From Dehalococcoidia bacterium (GTDB taxonomy: Bacteria > Chloroflexota > Dehalococcoidia > Bin125), in the NCBI GenBank assembly GCA_963422755.1, contig OY730488.1: a stretch of 64,000 nt of DNA; one strand, written 5' to 3'. Below are positions 51,237 to 61,012 of this stretch, piece by piece. The notes beneath the pieces are model-generated. The model did not search any database, had not been told where the DNA came from, and saw only the letters and a list, made by a program, of their open reading frames with translations. The position numbers and the translations under genes are program-made. Each line of letters opens with the position of its first letter. Positions within the stretch are counted from its first letter, which is position 1.

Positions 51237-52781
51237 ATGCCCAAACTGCAGGAAACTTTCAGCCGTCAAGCACTTATAGCAACGGCTACCAACTATCGCA
51301 ACGTCGCTGAAGCCATAATGGAGTTAGTCGATAATCCATTCGACTACCGTAGAGGTCGCCACCTTACTATCGATATTGCTATCGATCGTTCCAAAGATAT
51401 CCTTCGCATCACCGACTTCGGCGGCGAAGGCATGGACGATAACGCGCTGATCGATTGGATTCAATGGGGAGAAGGTCACAGCCACGGCGCACAGGACATC
51501 GGTCAATACCACGTTGGAGGCAAGTCAGCTGCGATCTATCTGGCAGAATCGCTGGAAGTGGTTTGCCGAAAGGCTGACGCTAACCAGATTTGGCGTTTCC
51601 ATGACCCTCATTGGGGATCGCGAACCTCTCCACTGAACACAGATGTAACCAAACTTTCTAACGTGCCGTCTACTCTATTCCGCCCTGTCACTAACGACCA
51701 AGGATTTGTTCAACTTACACTTAGTGGGCTTAAGCCTCATAGATACGAGACTGAAATTCTTCGGCAACGCCTGGCAGACACGTACCGCACACTTCTCGCG
51801 CAAGGTCACTGCACTATACGTATCAACAACAACGCCTTAGAGCCGATCGAGGTGCCATGGTCCGCCTCGATTCAGGAAGTTATCTTTGAACCGACAAAGT
51901 TGGAAAGTGGTATTCGCATCAAGGGGCGCATTGGCGCGGTCGATAAAGATCGTCTACCGACAGGTCGCGGATTTCGTTTTCAGCATGGGATCCGGACTGA
52001 ACACAACGGTAGGAAAATCACAGGCGGCGAAGAATTTGGCCATAACCTTAATGGGCGAGGGACGCTCATGCGCCTGTACGGAGAAGTGAGCATCAGCGGT
52101 GGAACACTCAGGCCAAATCAGCTGAAGACAGGATGGCCGTCCGACAGCGACGATTGGCAAGTGATCGAGGCTACGATGCACGAGCTTATGGCGAGTGTCG
52201 TACGGCAGCTGAACGAAGCCGCAGATGCGAAACCAGTTTCCCGACAGGAACGAAAACGGGCGAACAGTGCACGTAGACGAGTAGAACACGCCATGAAACG
52301 GCTGCACCAGATCGATCAGCTTGCAGGCAAAGGCGTTATCCCTCTTCGAACGGCACACGGGGGACGCAGGCCGCCATCAGAGCCGGCCAAGAGCGAAACT
52401 TCGTCACGGCCTCAGCGAACTCGAACTGAACCAACCAACCGTACGCCGCCTCCTACGAATCCGGTTGGCAGACTGTTACGGAAGGTAGGAGGAATGCCTC
52501 CTGTGCAGCTCGACGGGCTTGGTGACAAATCAGAACGTAGCGCCTGGCGAGAAGACCGCGATGCACGTACCATAGTCGTCAATACAGATTACCCTCTCTA
52601 CCAGTCGCTCGGCACGAATGAAGATTACATCTTTGAGTCGCTCGTGATGCACATGCTGAACGATGATGAGGAGCTGTCTCTCACCGAAGCAAAAAGCCTG
52701 TTCGACCAGATCATCTGGTTGGATCGCTCAGCCGAAGATGAAGAGCCCAGTCCGGAAGAGCTCGACGACATCGTCCCGTAG
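51237..52781 (+). CDS. GHKL-superfamily ATPase (MORC/Hsp90/MutL-like, HATPase_c_3-type) with uncharacterised C-terminal region; lower-GC foreign gene
   Basis: 514 aa. Bergerat-fold motifs: N-box AIMELVDNPFDY, G1 ITDFGGEGMD, G2 GQYHVGGKSAAIYLA. Followed by ~350 aa without recognisable domains, including a basic low-complexity stretch. Nucleotide composition visibly AT-richer than both flanks. Confidence 0.75.
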   Translation: MPKLQETFSRQALIATATNYRNVAEAIMELVDNPFDYRRGRHLTIDIAIDRSKDILRITDFGGEGMDDNALIDWIQWGEGHSHGAQDIGQYHVGGKSAAIYLAESLEVVCRKADANQIWRFHDPHWGSRTSPLNTDVTKLSNVPSTLFRPVTNDQGFVQLTLSGLKPHRYETEILRQRLADTYRTLLAQGHCTIRINNNALEPIEVPWSASIQEVIFEPTKLESGIRIKGRIGAVDKDRLPTGRGFRFQHGIRTEHNGRKITGGEEFGHNLNGRGTLMRLYGEVSISGGTLRPNQLKTGWPSDSDDWQVIEATMHELMASVVRQLNEAADAKPVSRQERKRANSARRRVEHAMKRLHQIDQLAGKGVIPLRTAHGGRRPPSEPAKSETSSRPQRTRTEPTNRTPPPTNPVGRLLRKVGGMPPVQLDGLGDKSERSAWREDRDARTIVVNTDYPLYQSLGTNEDYIFESLVMHMLNDDEELSLTEAKSLFDQIIWLDRSAEDEEPSPEELDDIVP

Positions 52782-52784
52782 CGG

Positions 52785-54056
52785 TTACACAGCCCGATAG
52801 CTGATTGGTAGGCGCTTGATGCCTCCGATCAGCTGGCTGGACAGGCGTTCCGCCTCTCCGTTGCGCTCGAACTGATCGAGCCGACCGATCACGTGACGGA
52901 AGATGGAGCGCATCTCCAGCCGGGCGAGGTTGGCGCCGAGGCAGAAGTGTTCGCCGAAGCCTCCGAAGGCGAGATGGTCGTTCGGTGAACGGTTGATGTC
53001 GAACTCGTCGGGACGTGCGAACACGTCCTCGTCGCGGTTGGCCGATGGATACCACATCGCCAGCGTCTCGCCCGCGCGGATCGGGACTCCGCGGATCTCC
53101 GTGTCACGCGTCGCCGTACGGGCGAAGTGGATGACCGGCGATGTCCAGCGCAGCATCTCCTCGACCGCGCTGTTCAGTAGCTGCGGATCGTCGCGCAGCC
53201 GCTCGAACTGTTCTGGATGCTCGATCAGCGCCAGCATGCCGCCCGACGTTGCGTTGCGCGTCGTTTCGTTGCCCGCCAGGATGAGCAGGATCGCGTAGGA
53301 CAGGATTTCCTGGTCGGGCATCGGCGCGCCGTCGATCTCCGCCTGTACGAGTGTCGTCATGACGCTCTCGTCGGGAGCGCAGCGCTTGCGCTCGATGTGC
53401 GCTGTGAAATAGCCCATCAGACCGCGCATGCCTGACTGCCAGGTCTCGCGTCGGCTGCGGCCGCGTTGGTACTCTGGGTCCTCCGAGCCGAGGAACTCGT
53501 TGGTCCAGCTGAAGATGTCCTCCCACGACTCGCGCTCGACCGCGAGTAGCTCGCAGATCGCGGCCATCGGCATCTTCGCCGCGACATCGCGGACGAAGTC
53601 CATCTCGCGCCGTCCGCTGAGCTGGTCGACCAGGTGCGCGGCGGCAGCATCGATCACCCGCTCGGCGATCTCGTCAATGCGTTCCTCGAGCAACCTCATA
53701 CCGCGTGGCGAGAAGCGACGGTTGGTCGCCGCGCGGTACTGGCCGTGCTCAGGCGGATCCATGTTGATCAAATTGGGAATCGCGAGCGACGGGTCGTTGG
53801 CGCCGCCGTCGCCCGAGCCAGCCGCGCGGACCACGAGCCGCTGACTGCTGATGAACGTCTCGGGGTCGCTGGAGATCGTCTGGATGTCGTCGTATTTGGT
53901 GATCGCCCAGAACGGCGTCACGCCTGGCTGCTCGTACCAGTAGACCGGCGCCTCGCGGCGCAGCAATGCCCACCCTGCCCACGGATAGCCGCGGCTGCCA
54001 TAGAGTTCTGGCGTGACGAGGTCAATCTGATCGAGTCTGCTCGCTGTTGTGGTCAT
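52785..54056 (-). CDS. Cytochrome P450
   Basis: 423 aa. Heme-binding loop FGGFGEHFCLGANLAR, K-helix ExxR, oxygen-binding region. Confidence 0.9.
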   Translation of the reverse strand: MTTTASRLDQIDLVTPELYGSRGYPWAGWALLRREAPVYWYEQPGVTPFWAITKYDDIQTISSDPETFISSQRLVVRAAGSGDGGANDPSLAIPNLINMDPPEHGQYRAATNRRFSPRGMRLLEERIDEIAERVIDAAAAHLVDQLSGRREMDFVRDVAAKMPMAAICELLAVERESWEDIFSWTNEFLGSEDPEYQRGRSRRETWQSGMRGLMGYFTAHIERKRCAPDESVMTTLVQAEIDGAPMPDQEILSYAILLILAGNETTRNATSGGMLALIEHPEQFERLRDDPQLLNSAVEEMLRWTSPVIHFARTATRDTEIRGVPIRAGETLAMWYPSANRDEDVFARPDEFDINRSPNDHLAFGGFGEHFCLGANLARLEMRSIFRHVIGRLDQFERNGEAERLSSQLIGGIKRLPISYRAV

Positions 54057-54095
54057 GATCAGCTCCTCTCGTGCCAGTCGTGCCAGCGCGGCGCG

Positions 54096-55382
54096 CTACT
54101 GCGCTTCGCGTGCTGAGAACGCAATGGGCAGATGCTTGATGCCACCCACAAAGCCTGACCGCAGTCGCTCGACCTCGCCGTCGAGCTGGATGTCATCGAG
54201 CCGATCGAGCACGTGCTTGAAGATCGAGCGCAACTCCATCCGCGCCAGGTTGGCGCCGAGGCAGAAGTGCTCACCGAAGCCGCCGAAGGCCAGGTGCTCA
54301 TTCGGTTCGCGGCTGATGTCGAATGTGTCGGGCTGGCTGAATATCTCCGCGTCGCGGTTGGCTGATGGGTACCACATCATCAGTTTGTCGCCGGCTGAGA
54401 TTAACTGGCCACCGATCTCCACATCGGCGGTCGCGAGCCGACCAAAGTGAATGATCGGAGAGGTCCAGCGCAGAATCTCCTCGATGGCGCTGTCCAGCAA
54501 GGCCGGATCGTCACGCAGTCGGCGCAACTGCTCTGGGTGCTCGATCAGCGCCAGCAGGCCGCCCGACGTTGCGTTGCGGGTCGTCTCGTTGCCACCCAGG
54601 ATCAGGATGAAGGCGTACGACAGCAGGTCGATCACGTTGAGTGGTTCGCCGTCTAGCTCGGCCTGCACCAGCGTGCTCATCAAATCATCGGCTGGCTGCT
54701 GACGCTTGTGCTCGGCCAGCTGCATGAAGTAACCGAACAGCGCCATCGCGCCAGCCTGCGCGGTTTCGCTCTGCGAGCGCCCGCGCTGGAACTCTGGATC
54801 GGCGGCGCCAATCGTCTCATTGGTCCAGAGGTGGATGTCATCCCAACGCTCGCGTGGTACGCCCAACAGCTCACAGATGGCCGCCAACGGCAGGCGGGCA
54901 GAGACATCAGCGACGAATTCTGCGCGCCCGCGCTTCGAGAGATCATCGACCAGTTCCAGAGCGACCCGATCGACGATGCCCGTAGCGATCTCGTCGATCC
55001 GTTCCTCCAGCAGCTGGAGGCCGCCCGGCGTGAAGCGTCGGTTGACCAGCGAGCGGTAGGCGGCATGCTCGGGCGGGTCCATCTCCAACAGGTGATGCGT
55101 GGGTTGCGAGCTGGCGAAATCGTCCTCGGACGGTTCGGGACGGATCGTGATATCGGTCTTGTTGGAAAAGGTCTGCGGGTCGCGCGAAATGCGCTGGATA
55201 TCGTGATATCTGGTGATCGCCCAGAATGGCGCGATGTTGGGGCGCTCATACCAGTACACGGGCGCGTGCGCCCGCAGATACGCCCAGTGCGGATAGGGAT
55301 AGCCGTTGACCACGTAGGCGTCGGGAGAGGTGAGGTCCACCTCGTCCAGCGATTGCGGTGTGGCGACGAACGCTGCGGTCAT
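54096..55382 (-). CDS. Cytochrome P450 (tandem paralog)
   Basis: 428 aa. FGGFGEHFCLGANLARMEL. About 55-60% identical by eye to the downstream P450. Confidence 0.9.
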   Translation of the reverse strand: MTAAFVATPQSLDEVDLTSPDAYVVNGYPYPHWAYLRAHAPVYWYERPNIAPFWAITRYHDIQRISRDPQTFSNKTDITIRPEPSEDDFASSQPTHHLLEMDPPEHAAYRSLVNRRFTPGGLQLLEERIDEIATGIVDRVALELVDDLSKRGRAEFVADVSARLPLAAICELLGVPRERWDDIHLWTNETIGAADPEFQRGRSQSETAQAGAMALFGYFMQLAEHKRQQPADDLMSTLVQAELDGEPLNVIDLLSYAFILILGGNETTRNATSGGLLALIEHPEQLRRLRDDPALLDSAIEEILRWTSPIIHFGRLATADVEIGGQLISAGDKLMMWYPSANRDAEIFSQPDTFDISREPNEHLAFGGFGEHFCLGANLARMELRSIFKHVLDRLDDIQLDGEVERLRSGFVGGIKHLPIAFSAREAQ

Positions 55383-55487
55383 GGCGTCTCTCCCAACCAG
55401 CGAGCGATAGACTCGCCCGAACAGGGCTTCGTTGCGAGCCTACCAATCCAACCCAGCGCATGGCGCGCCAGTCACAGCGGAATACAC

Positions 55488-57380
55488 ATGAGCGCGAAAC
55501 GGTCCATGCTTGGCGTCTATGAAGGATTCACCGATGCTATCGCCGACGGCTACGCGCGGGAATCCCAGTATCTAACGATGGCGGATGGTTGCCGCATCGC
55601 GATCGACGTGCTGCATCCGACACTCGGTGGCGAGATCGTTGATGGTCGGACGCCGACGGTGCTGCACGCGACGCCCTATCGGCGCGCGTTCGAGATCACG
55701 GGCAGGGCGGACCCGGTCGCGCGCTACGCCGAGGAACTGCGCAGCATGGAGCCCGGCCAACTGATCACGCAATATGAGGAGCGGCCGATCGCGCGGGATA
55801 TGATTCAGCACGGCTACCGATTCATCTCGGTCGACATCCGTGGCACCGGCGCCTCATTCGGCGCGGTGTACAACGATTCCTGGTTAGCCGGCCAAGACAT
55901 TGCCCAGGTGATTGACTGGATCTGCGAGCAGCCATGGTCGTCGGGGCGCGTCGGTATGGTCGGCATCTCGTACGAGGGGATGATGCAGTTCTTTACGGCG
56001 GCCCAGCGGCCTGTGGGGCTCAAGTGCATCGCCCCGCAGTATCCCGGCTTGCCGCAGTGTTACGTCGACGGGGGACTCGCGATCTCCAGCTTTGCGCGCG
56101 TCTGGGAACGGCTGCACAAGGGACTCTCGGAACACGAGCCGGCGGCACCCGTCGATGGACCCGAGGGTGAGCGCCTGCGCGACGCAGCGACCGCCGAACG
56201 CTCGTCCGACCGCTATCGCTGGGTAGAAACGTTCTCGAGCATGGATCCGCGCGACGTGACGCGCATGTCCTCATACGATGGCTTACGCCGACAGCAACGG
56301 CGCGCCGACGTCGGACTCGGTGAGGTGGCCAGCGGCTGGTTTGAGTCTTGCGACCTCGTGAACGCCAGCGGCGTCCCAACTTACCTGGTCACCGGGTGGT
56401 GGGACCTGACGTTCCCCGGCTATCTGATCGATGCATTCAACCGCCTGGACGTGCCCAAAAAGCTGATCGTGGGGCCGTGGAATCACGGGCAGGGCGGCGA
56501 TCCGGAGCTGCGCCGCTGGTTCGATTACTGGCTCAAGGACATCGACAACGGAGTGCTGGACGAGCCGCCCGTGCACTACGGCACCAGCGAGCCGTCGGGG
56601 GCGACGACCTGGAAGTCGGCGCCACGCCTGCCGCTGCCTGAAGCTGGCCTACGCGCGCACTGGCTGACCGCTGACGGCGCGCTCACAGTCGAGCGTCCCG
56701 GCGCAGCGGACACGCTGAGCTACGAGGTGGACCACACGGTCAGCCTGGGCGAGATGACGCGTCACAGCTACTACGTGGACGACATGTATATCAACACAAC
56801 CGACCTCAATGCGCGAGCCGAGCGATGCCTCACATTCACCAGCGGACCGCTGGCGGCCGATGTTGAAGTTACCGGCTGGCCCGCCATCGCGCTGGAACTG
56901 TCAACCTCCGCTGACTGTGGCGCAGTCGTGGTGACGCTGGAGCAACTCGACCAGGACGGATCGGCCGCCTATCTCTCGGAGGGATTCCTCAACCTCGAGC
57001 ATCGCCGTGTTGGAGGCGATCCAGGTGGACACGAGGGGCCTGTCTGGCATAGCTGGAGCAAGGCCGACCTCGCGCCGGTGGCGCCGGGCCAGGCGATGGA
57101 TGTGCAGGTCGAGCTGTATCCGATCTCATGCATCGCTCGCGCAGGTCAGCGGTTGCGGTTGACCATCGCCGGCGCCGATGCGGATAATCTGATCGTCCCC
57201 ACACAGGGCGGTGAGGCAACGCTGGCGATCCACGTTGGCGGCGAGCGAGGGGCGCGCCTGCTGCTGCCGATCGTGAACGAATCCGTCACACCAACGGCGC
57301 ATATCGTAGAGGGCGGCTTCAACGGAGGATCGGGCGGCTTCGCCTTCCGCCGCCCCGATGATCCACCGATGACACGCTAG
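55488..57380 (+). CDS. CocE/NonD-family hydrolase (X-Pro dipeptidyl-peptidase S15-like)
   Basis: Start at MSAKRSMLGV. Alpha/beta hydrolase domain with GISYEG nucleophile motif and C-terminal beta-sandwich. The 5' 780 nt of the listed ORF is antisense to the P450 and rejected. Confidence 0.8.
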   Translation: MSAKRSMLGVYEGFTDAIADGYARESQYLTMADGCRIAIDVLHPTLGGEIVDGRTPTVLHATPYRRAFEITGRADPVARYAEELRSMEPGQLITQYEERPIARDMIQHGYRFISVDIRGTGASFGAVYNDSWLAGQDIAQVIDWICEQPWSSGRVGMVGISYEGMMQFFTAAQRPVGLKCIAPQYPGLPQCYVDGGLAISSFARVWERLHKGLSEHEPAAPVDGPEGERLRDAATAERSSDRYRWVETFSSMDPRDVTRMSSYDGLRRQQRRADVGLGEVASGWFESCDLVNASGVPTYLVTGWWDLTFPGYLIDAFNRLDVPKKLIVGPWNHGQGGDPELRRWFDYWLKDIDNGVLDEPPVHYGTSEPSGATTWKSAPRLPLPEAGLRAHWLTADGALTVERPGAADTLSYEVDHTVSLGEMTRHSYYVDDMYINTTDLNARAERCLTFTSGPLAADVEVTGWPAIALELSTSADCGAVVVTLEQLDQDGSAAYLSEGFLNLEHRRVGGDPGGHEGPVWHSWSKADLAPVAPGQAMDVQVELYPISCIARAGQRLRLTIAGADADNLIVPTQGGEATLAIHVGGERGARLLLPIVNESVTPTAHIVEGGFNGGSGGFAFRRPDDPPMTR

Positions 57381-58294
57381 CGAGCGTTGAGCACTTTCTC
57401 GGGCTGCCAGGTCGCGGCGCTCAGCTCGTCGCGGCGCAGCACAGCAGTCACCTCACGCTCGGCGTTCAGGGCGAGCGCCTTGTCCCAGCCGTCAACGGGC
57501 GTGTGACGAATCGCCTGGCCACGCTTGACGCGCGCGAGCTGCTCACCGTGCAGGTGGAACTGGGGCCAATCAGGAAAGAGCTGGGCCGGTGAGAGAGCGA
57601 GCGACCAAATGTCGCCCTGCTCGGCGGCGGCGGCGAGCGCGGCGGGCGTATGCGCGTCCGTGGCTGAGTTGGCGCCGATCATCGTACGGCGCATTTCCGT
57701 CACATGCCCCCCGCAACCGAGCGCCTGACCCAAGTCCCGCGCGATCGCGCGGACATAGGTGCCCGTGCTGACCGACATCGACAGCGTCACGTAGGGTATG
57801 GCGACTGAAGTGACCACCAGCTCATGCACGGTCACCGGGCGCGGTTCGATCTCGACGTGCTCGCCCGAGCGGGCTGTTCGATAGGCGGCGACGCCGTTGC
57901 GCTTGACAGCACTGAATTGCGGCGGCGTCTGTTCGATGTCACCGCGAAACTGCTCGAGCGTGGCATCGATGTCCGCCGCGCTGAGGTCAGGCACTGGCGC
58001 TGTGGCGACGACCTGCCCCTCGCTATCGTCGGTGTCGGTCGCCTGGCCGAGCAGGATCGTGGCCTCGTAGGACTTGCGATACGGCGCGAGATACTCGTTC
58101 AAGCGGGTCGCCGCGCCGACGAAGATCGGCAACAGGCCGCTGGCCAGCGGATCGAGCGTGCCTCCGTGTCCGACACGGCGCAGCCCAGTCCATCGCCGGA
58201 GTTCGCGCACGATGTCGTGCGACGTTGGCCCTTGCGGTTTGTCAACGAGGAAGACCGCGCCAGGATGCTGCGGTTCGCGACGGCGACGGCTCAT
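57377..58294 (-). CDS. truB: tRNA pseudouridine(55) synthase
   Basis: 305 aa. GVFLVDKPQGPTSHDIV...GHGGTLDP catalytic Asp motif, PUA-like C-terminus. Confidence 0.9.
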   Translation of the reverse strand: MSRRRREPQHPGAVFLVDKPQGPTSHDIVRELRRWTGLRRVGHGGTLDPLASGLLPIFVGAATRLNEYLAPYRKSYEATILLGQATDTDDSEGQVVATAPVPDLSAADIDATLEQFRGDIEQTPPQFSAVKRNGVAAYRTARSGEHVEIEPRPVTVHELVVTSVAIPYVTLSMSVSTGTYVRAIARDLGQALGCGGHVTEMRRTMIGANSATDAHTPAALAAAAEQGDIWSLALSPAQLFPDWPQFHLHGEQLARVKRGQAIRHTPVDGWDKALALNAEREVTAVLRRDELSAATWQPEKVLNAR

Positions 58295-58743
58295 GAGGCG
58301 TCCAGAGCGCGCAGTCGTTCCTGCATCAGGGCCGCGCCGACGATGCGGGGATCGAACTCAAAGCGCAGCCGGGGCACACGTTTCATGCGCAGATGCCGCC
58401 GAATCGTGCGGTGGATAAATGGCGCTGCGCTGTTCAATGCGGCAATCGCATCCATAGCCAATGCCAGATCCTGATCGTCAGGCGTGTCGGGCGGCGGCAT
58501 CGCCGAGACCATCACGGTGGCATTGCCGAGATCACGCGAGGCGCGCACCTCGGTCACACTCACCAGCACCAACGACAGTCTGGGATCCTTGAGTTCGCGC
58601 GCAACCACTTCGGCGATCGTGTCACGCAGCAGCTCGTTGACGCGGTCCATACGATCGACGCCGTCGGCACCACGGGCGCTGAGCGCGCCATAGGGGCGCT
58701 GCCCGCGTGCAGAATTCCCACGTGCAGGGCGTGCCATGATCAT
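58291..58743 (-). CDS. rbfA: Ribosome-binding factor A
   Basis: RbfA KH-like core (RVNELLRDTIAEVV...LVSVTEVRASRDLGNATVMVS). N-terminal ~30 aa may be an over-extension; an internal Met start is possible. Confidence 0.8.
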   Translation of the reverse strand: MIMARPARGNSARGQRPYGALSARGADGVDRMDRVNELLRDTIAEVVARELKDPRLSLVLVSVTEVRASRDLGNATVMVSAMPPPDTPDDQDLALAMDAIAALNSAAPFIHRTIRRHLRMKRVPRLRFEFDPRIVGAALMQERLRALDAS

Positions 58744-58751
58744 GCCTGCGT

Positions 58752-60611
58752 TCAGCGAGCGACATTGCGGATTTCGCCGCCCTGGACGATTCGCGACTGC
58801 GTCTCGATGTGGAAGAACTCGAGCTGGTCCCCGGCGCGGAAGGTGTCGAAGCGGGCGAGCGCGACGCCAAACTCCTGGCCAGCATCCACTTCCTGCACAG
58901 TGTCCTGGAAACGCCTCAGGCTCGAGATCGGCGATTCTGCGATCTGTTCGCCGTTGCGGTACACATGGACTTGGGCATCATTGCGGATCGAACCGTCGAG
59001 TGAGCGACAGCCGGCGATGTTGCCCAGACCGCGAATCGGAAATACTTGCAACACTTCAGCGTGTCCGTCGACGACTTGCATCTGGACAGGCTGCAGCAAT
59101 CCGCTGATCGCCGCTTCGACCTGCTCGATCACCTCGTAGATGATCGAATAGCTGCGAATCTCGACGTGTTCCAGCTCCGCAAGGCGCTCGGCGCCGGGTT
59201 CGACCGGGATGTTAAACGCGACCACGAGTCCTTCGGATGCCAGCGCCAGGTTGACATCGGCAACTGAGACCGGTCCAGCGGCCGCGTGAATCACCTTGAC
59301 GGCGACCTCCTCATTGGAGAGCTGTTCCAGTGAGTCGCGCAACGCCTCGACAGAGCCGACGACATCGGTCTTGACGATCAGGTTGAGCGCCGAGACATCG
59401 CCGCGAGAGATCTCGCCGAACAGCGCGTCAAGCGAGGCTGAGTGCTGGATCTGAGCGTCGCGCGCCTCACGCTCGCGGCGCGCTTGCGTGTAGATTCGCT
59501 TCGCCTCTCGGTCGCTGCTGACGGTGCGGAAGGCGTCACCCGCCTCCGCAACGTCCTGCAATCCGAGTACAACGACTGGCGTGGAGGGAGGGGCTTCGCG
59601 GATGCGCTTACCGACAAAGTCGGTCATCGCCTTGATCCGCCCCCAGGTCTGTCCAACCAGCAGGGCATCGCCCTGCCGCAGCGTCCCGCGCTGGACCAGC
59701 AGGGTCGTACGTGGGCCTTGACGGCGGTCGAGCTCAGCCTCGAGGACGACGCCAGCGGATGCGCGTCCGGGATTCGCACGTAGCTCCGCGAGGTCGGCGA
59801 CGAGCACCAGAGTTTCCAGCAGCTCATTCATGCCGTCGCCGCGCGTGGCCGAGACGGGGATCAGCGGTACGTCGCCGCCGTACTCCTCGACCTGTACACC
59901 CACGTCTGCGAGCGCCGCCTTGACGCGGTCGGGATTGATGTTATCGAGATCCATCTTGTTGAGCGCCACGACGTACGGCACGCCGGCTGCGTGAATGTGG
60001 CTGATCGCCTCGCGCGTCTGAGGCATGACGCCATCGTTGGCGGCGACGACCAGCACAGCGATATCCGTAGCCTGGGCGCCGCGCGCGCGCATTTCAGTGA
60101 AGGCGGCGTGGCCGGGTGTGTCGATGAAGGTGATCAAGCGTTCGCCGACAGTCGCTTGATAGGCCCCGACCCGCTGCGTGATCCCGCCCGCCTCACCAGC
60201 GGCGACGTTGGCGTTGCGGATGTAATCGAGCAGCGAAGTCTTGCCGTGGTCGACATGACCCAGCACGGCGACCACCGGCGGGCGGTCCTGCAAGCTCGCT
60301 GGATCATCCGCATCTTCGTCCCCGGTGCCCAGCAGATCGATCGCCGTGCGCGTTTCCTTCTCTTCGACGACGTCGCCGGCTTCCTCCGGCTCGAAACCGC
60401 GTTCCATCGCGACGATAGCCGCGGTGCCATAATCGAGCGTCTTGGAGACGTCGGCCATAATGCCGTTGGTCATCAGCGTCTTGATGATGGTGACGGGTGT
60501 ATCGCCGAGCAGGTCCGCCAGCTCGCGCACGGTCAACGTACGCGGAATGAGCACCGTGCCGTCGGGCGGCGCGGACGTGGGCGATTGGCGAGTGCGCTGT
60601 TGTGTGGTCAT
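58752..60611 (-). CDS. infB: Translation initiation factor IF-2 (short N-terminus form)
   Basis: 619 aa. G-domain ([21 protein letters not shown]) and C-terminal beta-barrels. Lacks a long N-terminal domain. Confidence 0.9.
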   Translation of the reverse strand: MTTQQRTRQSPTSAPPDGTVLIPRTLTVRELADLLGDTPVTIIKTLMTNGIMADVSKTLDYGTAAIVAMERGFEPEEAGDVVEEKETRTAIDLLGTGDEDADDPASLQDRPPVVAVLGHVDHGKTSLLDYIRNANVAAGEAGGITQRVGAYQATVGERLITFIDTPGHAAFTEMRARGAQATDIAVLVVAANDGVMPQTREAISHIHAAGVPYVVALNKMDLDNINPDRVKAALADVGVQVEEYGGDVPLIPVSATRGDGMNELLETLVLVADLAELRANPGRASAGVVLEAELDRRQGPRTTLLVQRGTLRQGDALLVGQTWGRIKAMTDFVGKRIREAPPSTPVVVLGLQDVAEAGDAFRTVSSDREAKRIYTQARREREARDAQIQHSASLDALFGEISRGDVSALNLIVKTDVVGSVEALRDSLEQLSNEEVAVKVIHAAAGPVSVADVNLALASEGLVVAFNIPVEPGAERLAELEHVEIRSYSIIYEVIEQVEAAISGLLQPVQMQVVDGHAEVLQVFPIRGLGNIAGCRSLDGSIRNDAQVHVYRNGEQIAESPISSLRRFQDTVQEVDAGQEFGVALARFDTFRAGDQLEFFHIETQSRIVQGGEIRNVAR

Positions 60612-60638
60612 GGCGAACTCCGTCTGGATGATGAAAGG

Positions 60639-60938
60639 CTACGCGATTCGTTGGAGCTGAGAGAGCAGGGCGGCGGTGGGAGCGCAGCGCAAGGCGCGGG
60701 CGAGGTGCTTCGGCTGCGCAGCAGCCGTGCGCAGGCAGCCCGCATCGCGGTGGAGATAGGCGCCGCGCCCGTGAGCGTGATCACTCATCGCCAGCGCCCC
60801 GTCGGGTCGTCGGACGACCCGCAGCAGCACTGATTTGGGCGCGGATATCCGACATACCACGCATCGACGACGCGGACCGTCAGCGTTCGGAGACGGCGGA
60901 GGAAGGACCGTACCGTGAGTCGACTGTGGAGCAGGCAT
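60639..60938 (-). CDS. YlxR-family (DUF448) RNA-binding protein
   Basis: RRCVVCR...LLRVV...GRGAYLH signature. Conserved position between nusA and infB. Confidence 0.75.
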   Translation of the reverse strand: MPAPQSTHGTVLPPPSPNADGPRRRCVVCRISAPKSVLLRVVRRPDGALAMSDHAHGRGAYLHRDAGCLRTAAAQPKHLARALRCAPTAALLSQLQRIA

Positions 60939-61012
60939 CGAATTCCTTTGCACTCCGCAGGCTGGAACTGGCGTTGACGCCTACGAGCGAGATGTGACCA
61001 GCGCAGAGCGCC

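Noticed and set aside
54708-55487. 5' 780 nt of the 890-aa ORF 54708-57380
   Set aside because: Antisense to the well-supported P450 gene and non-protein-like in composition. The CocE/NonD homology begins at the in-frame ATG at 55488.
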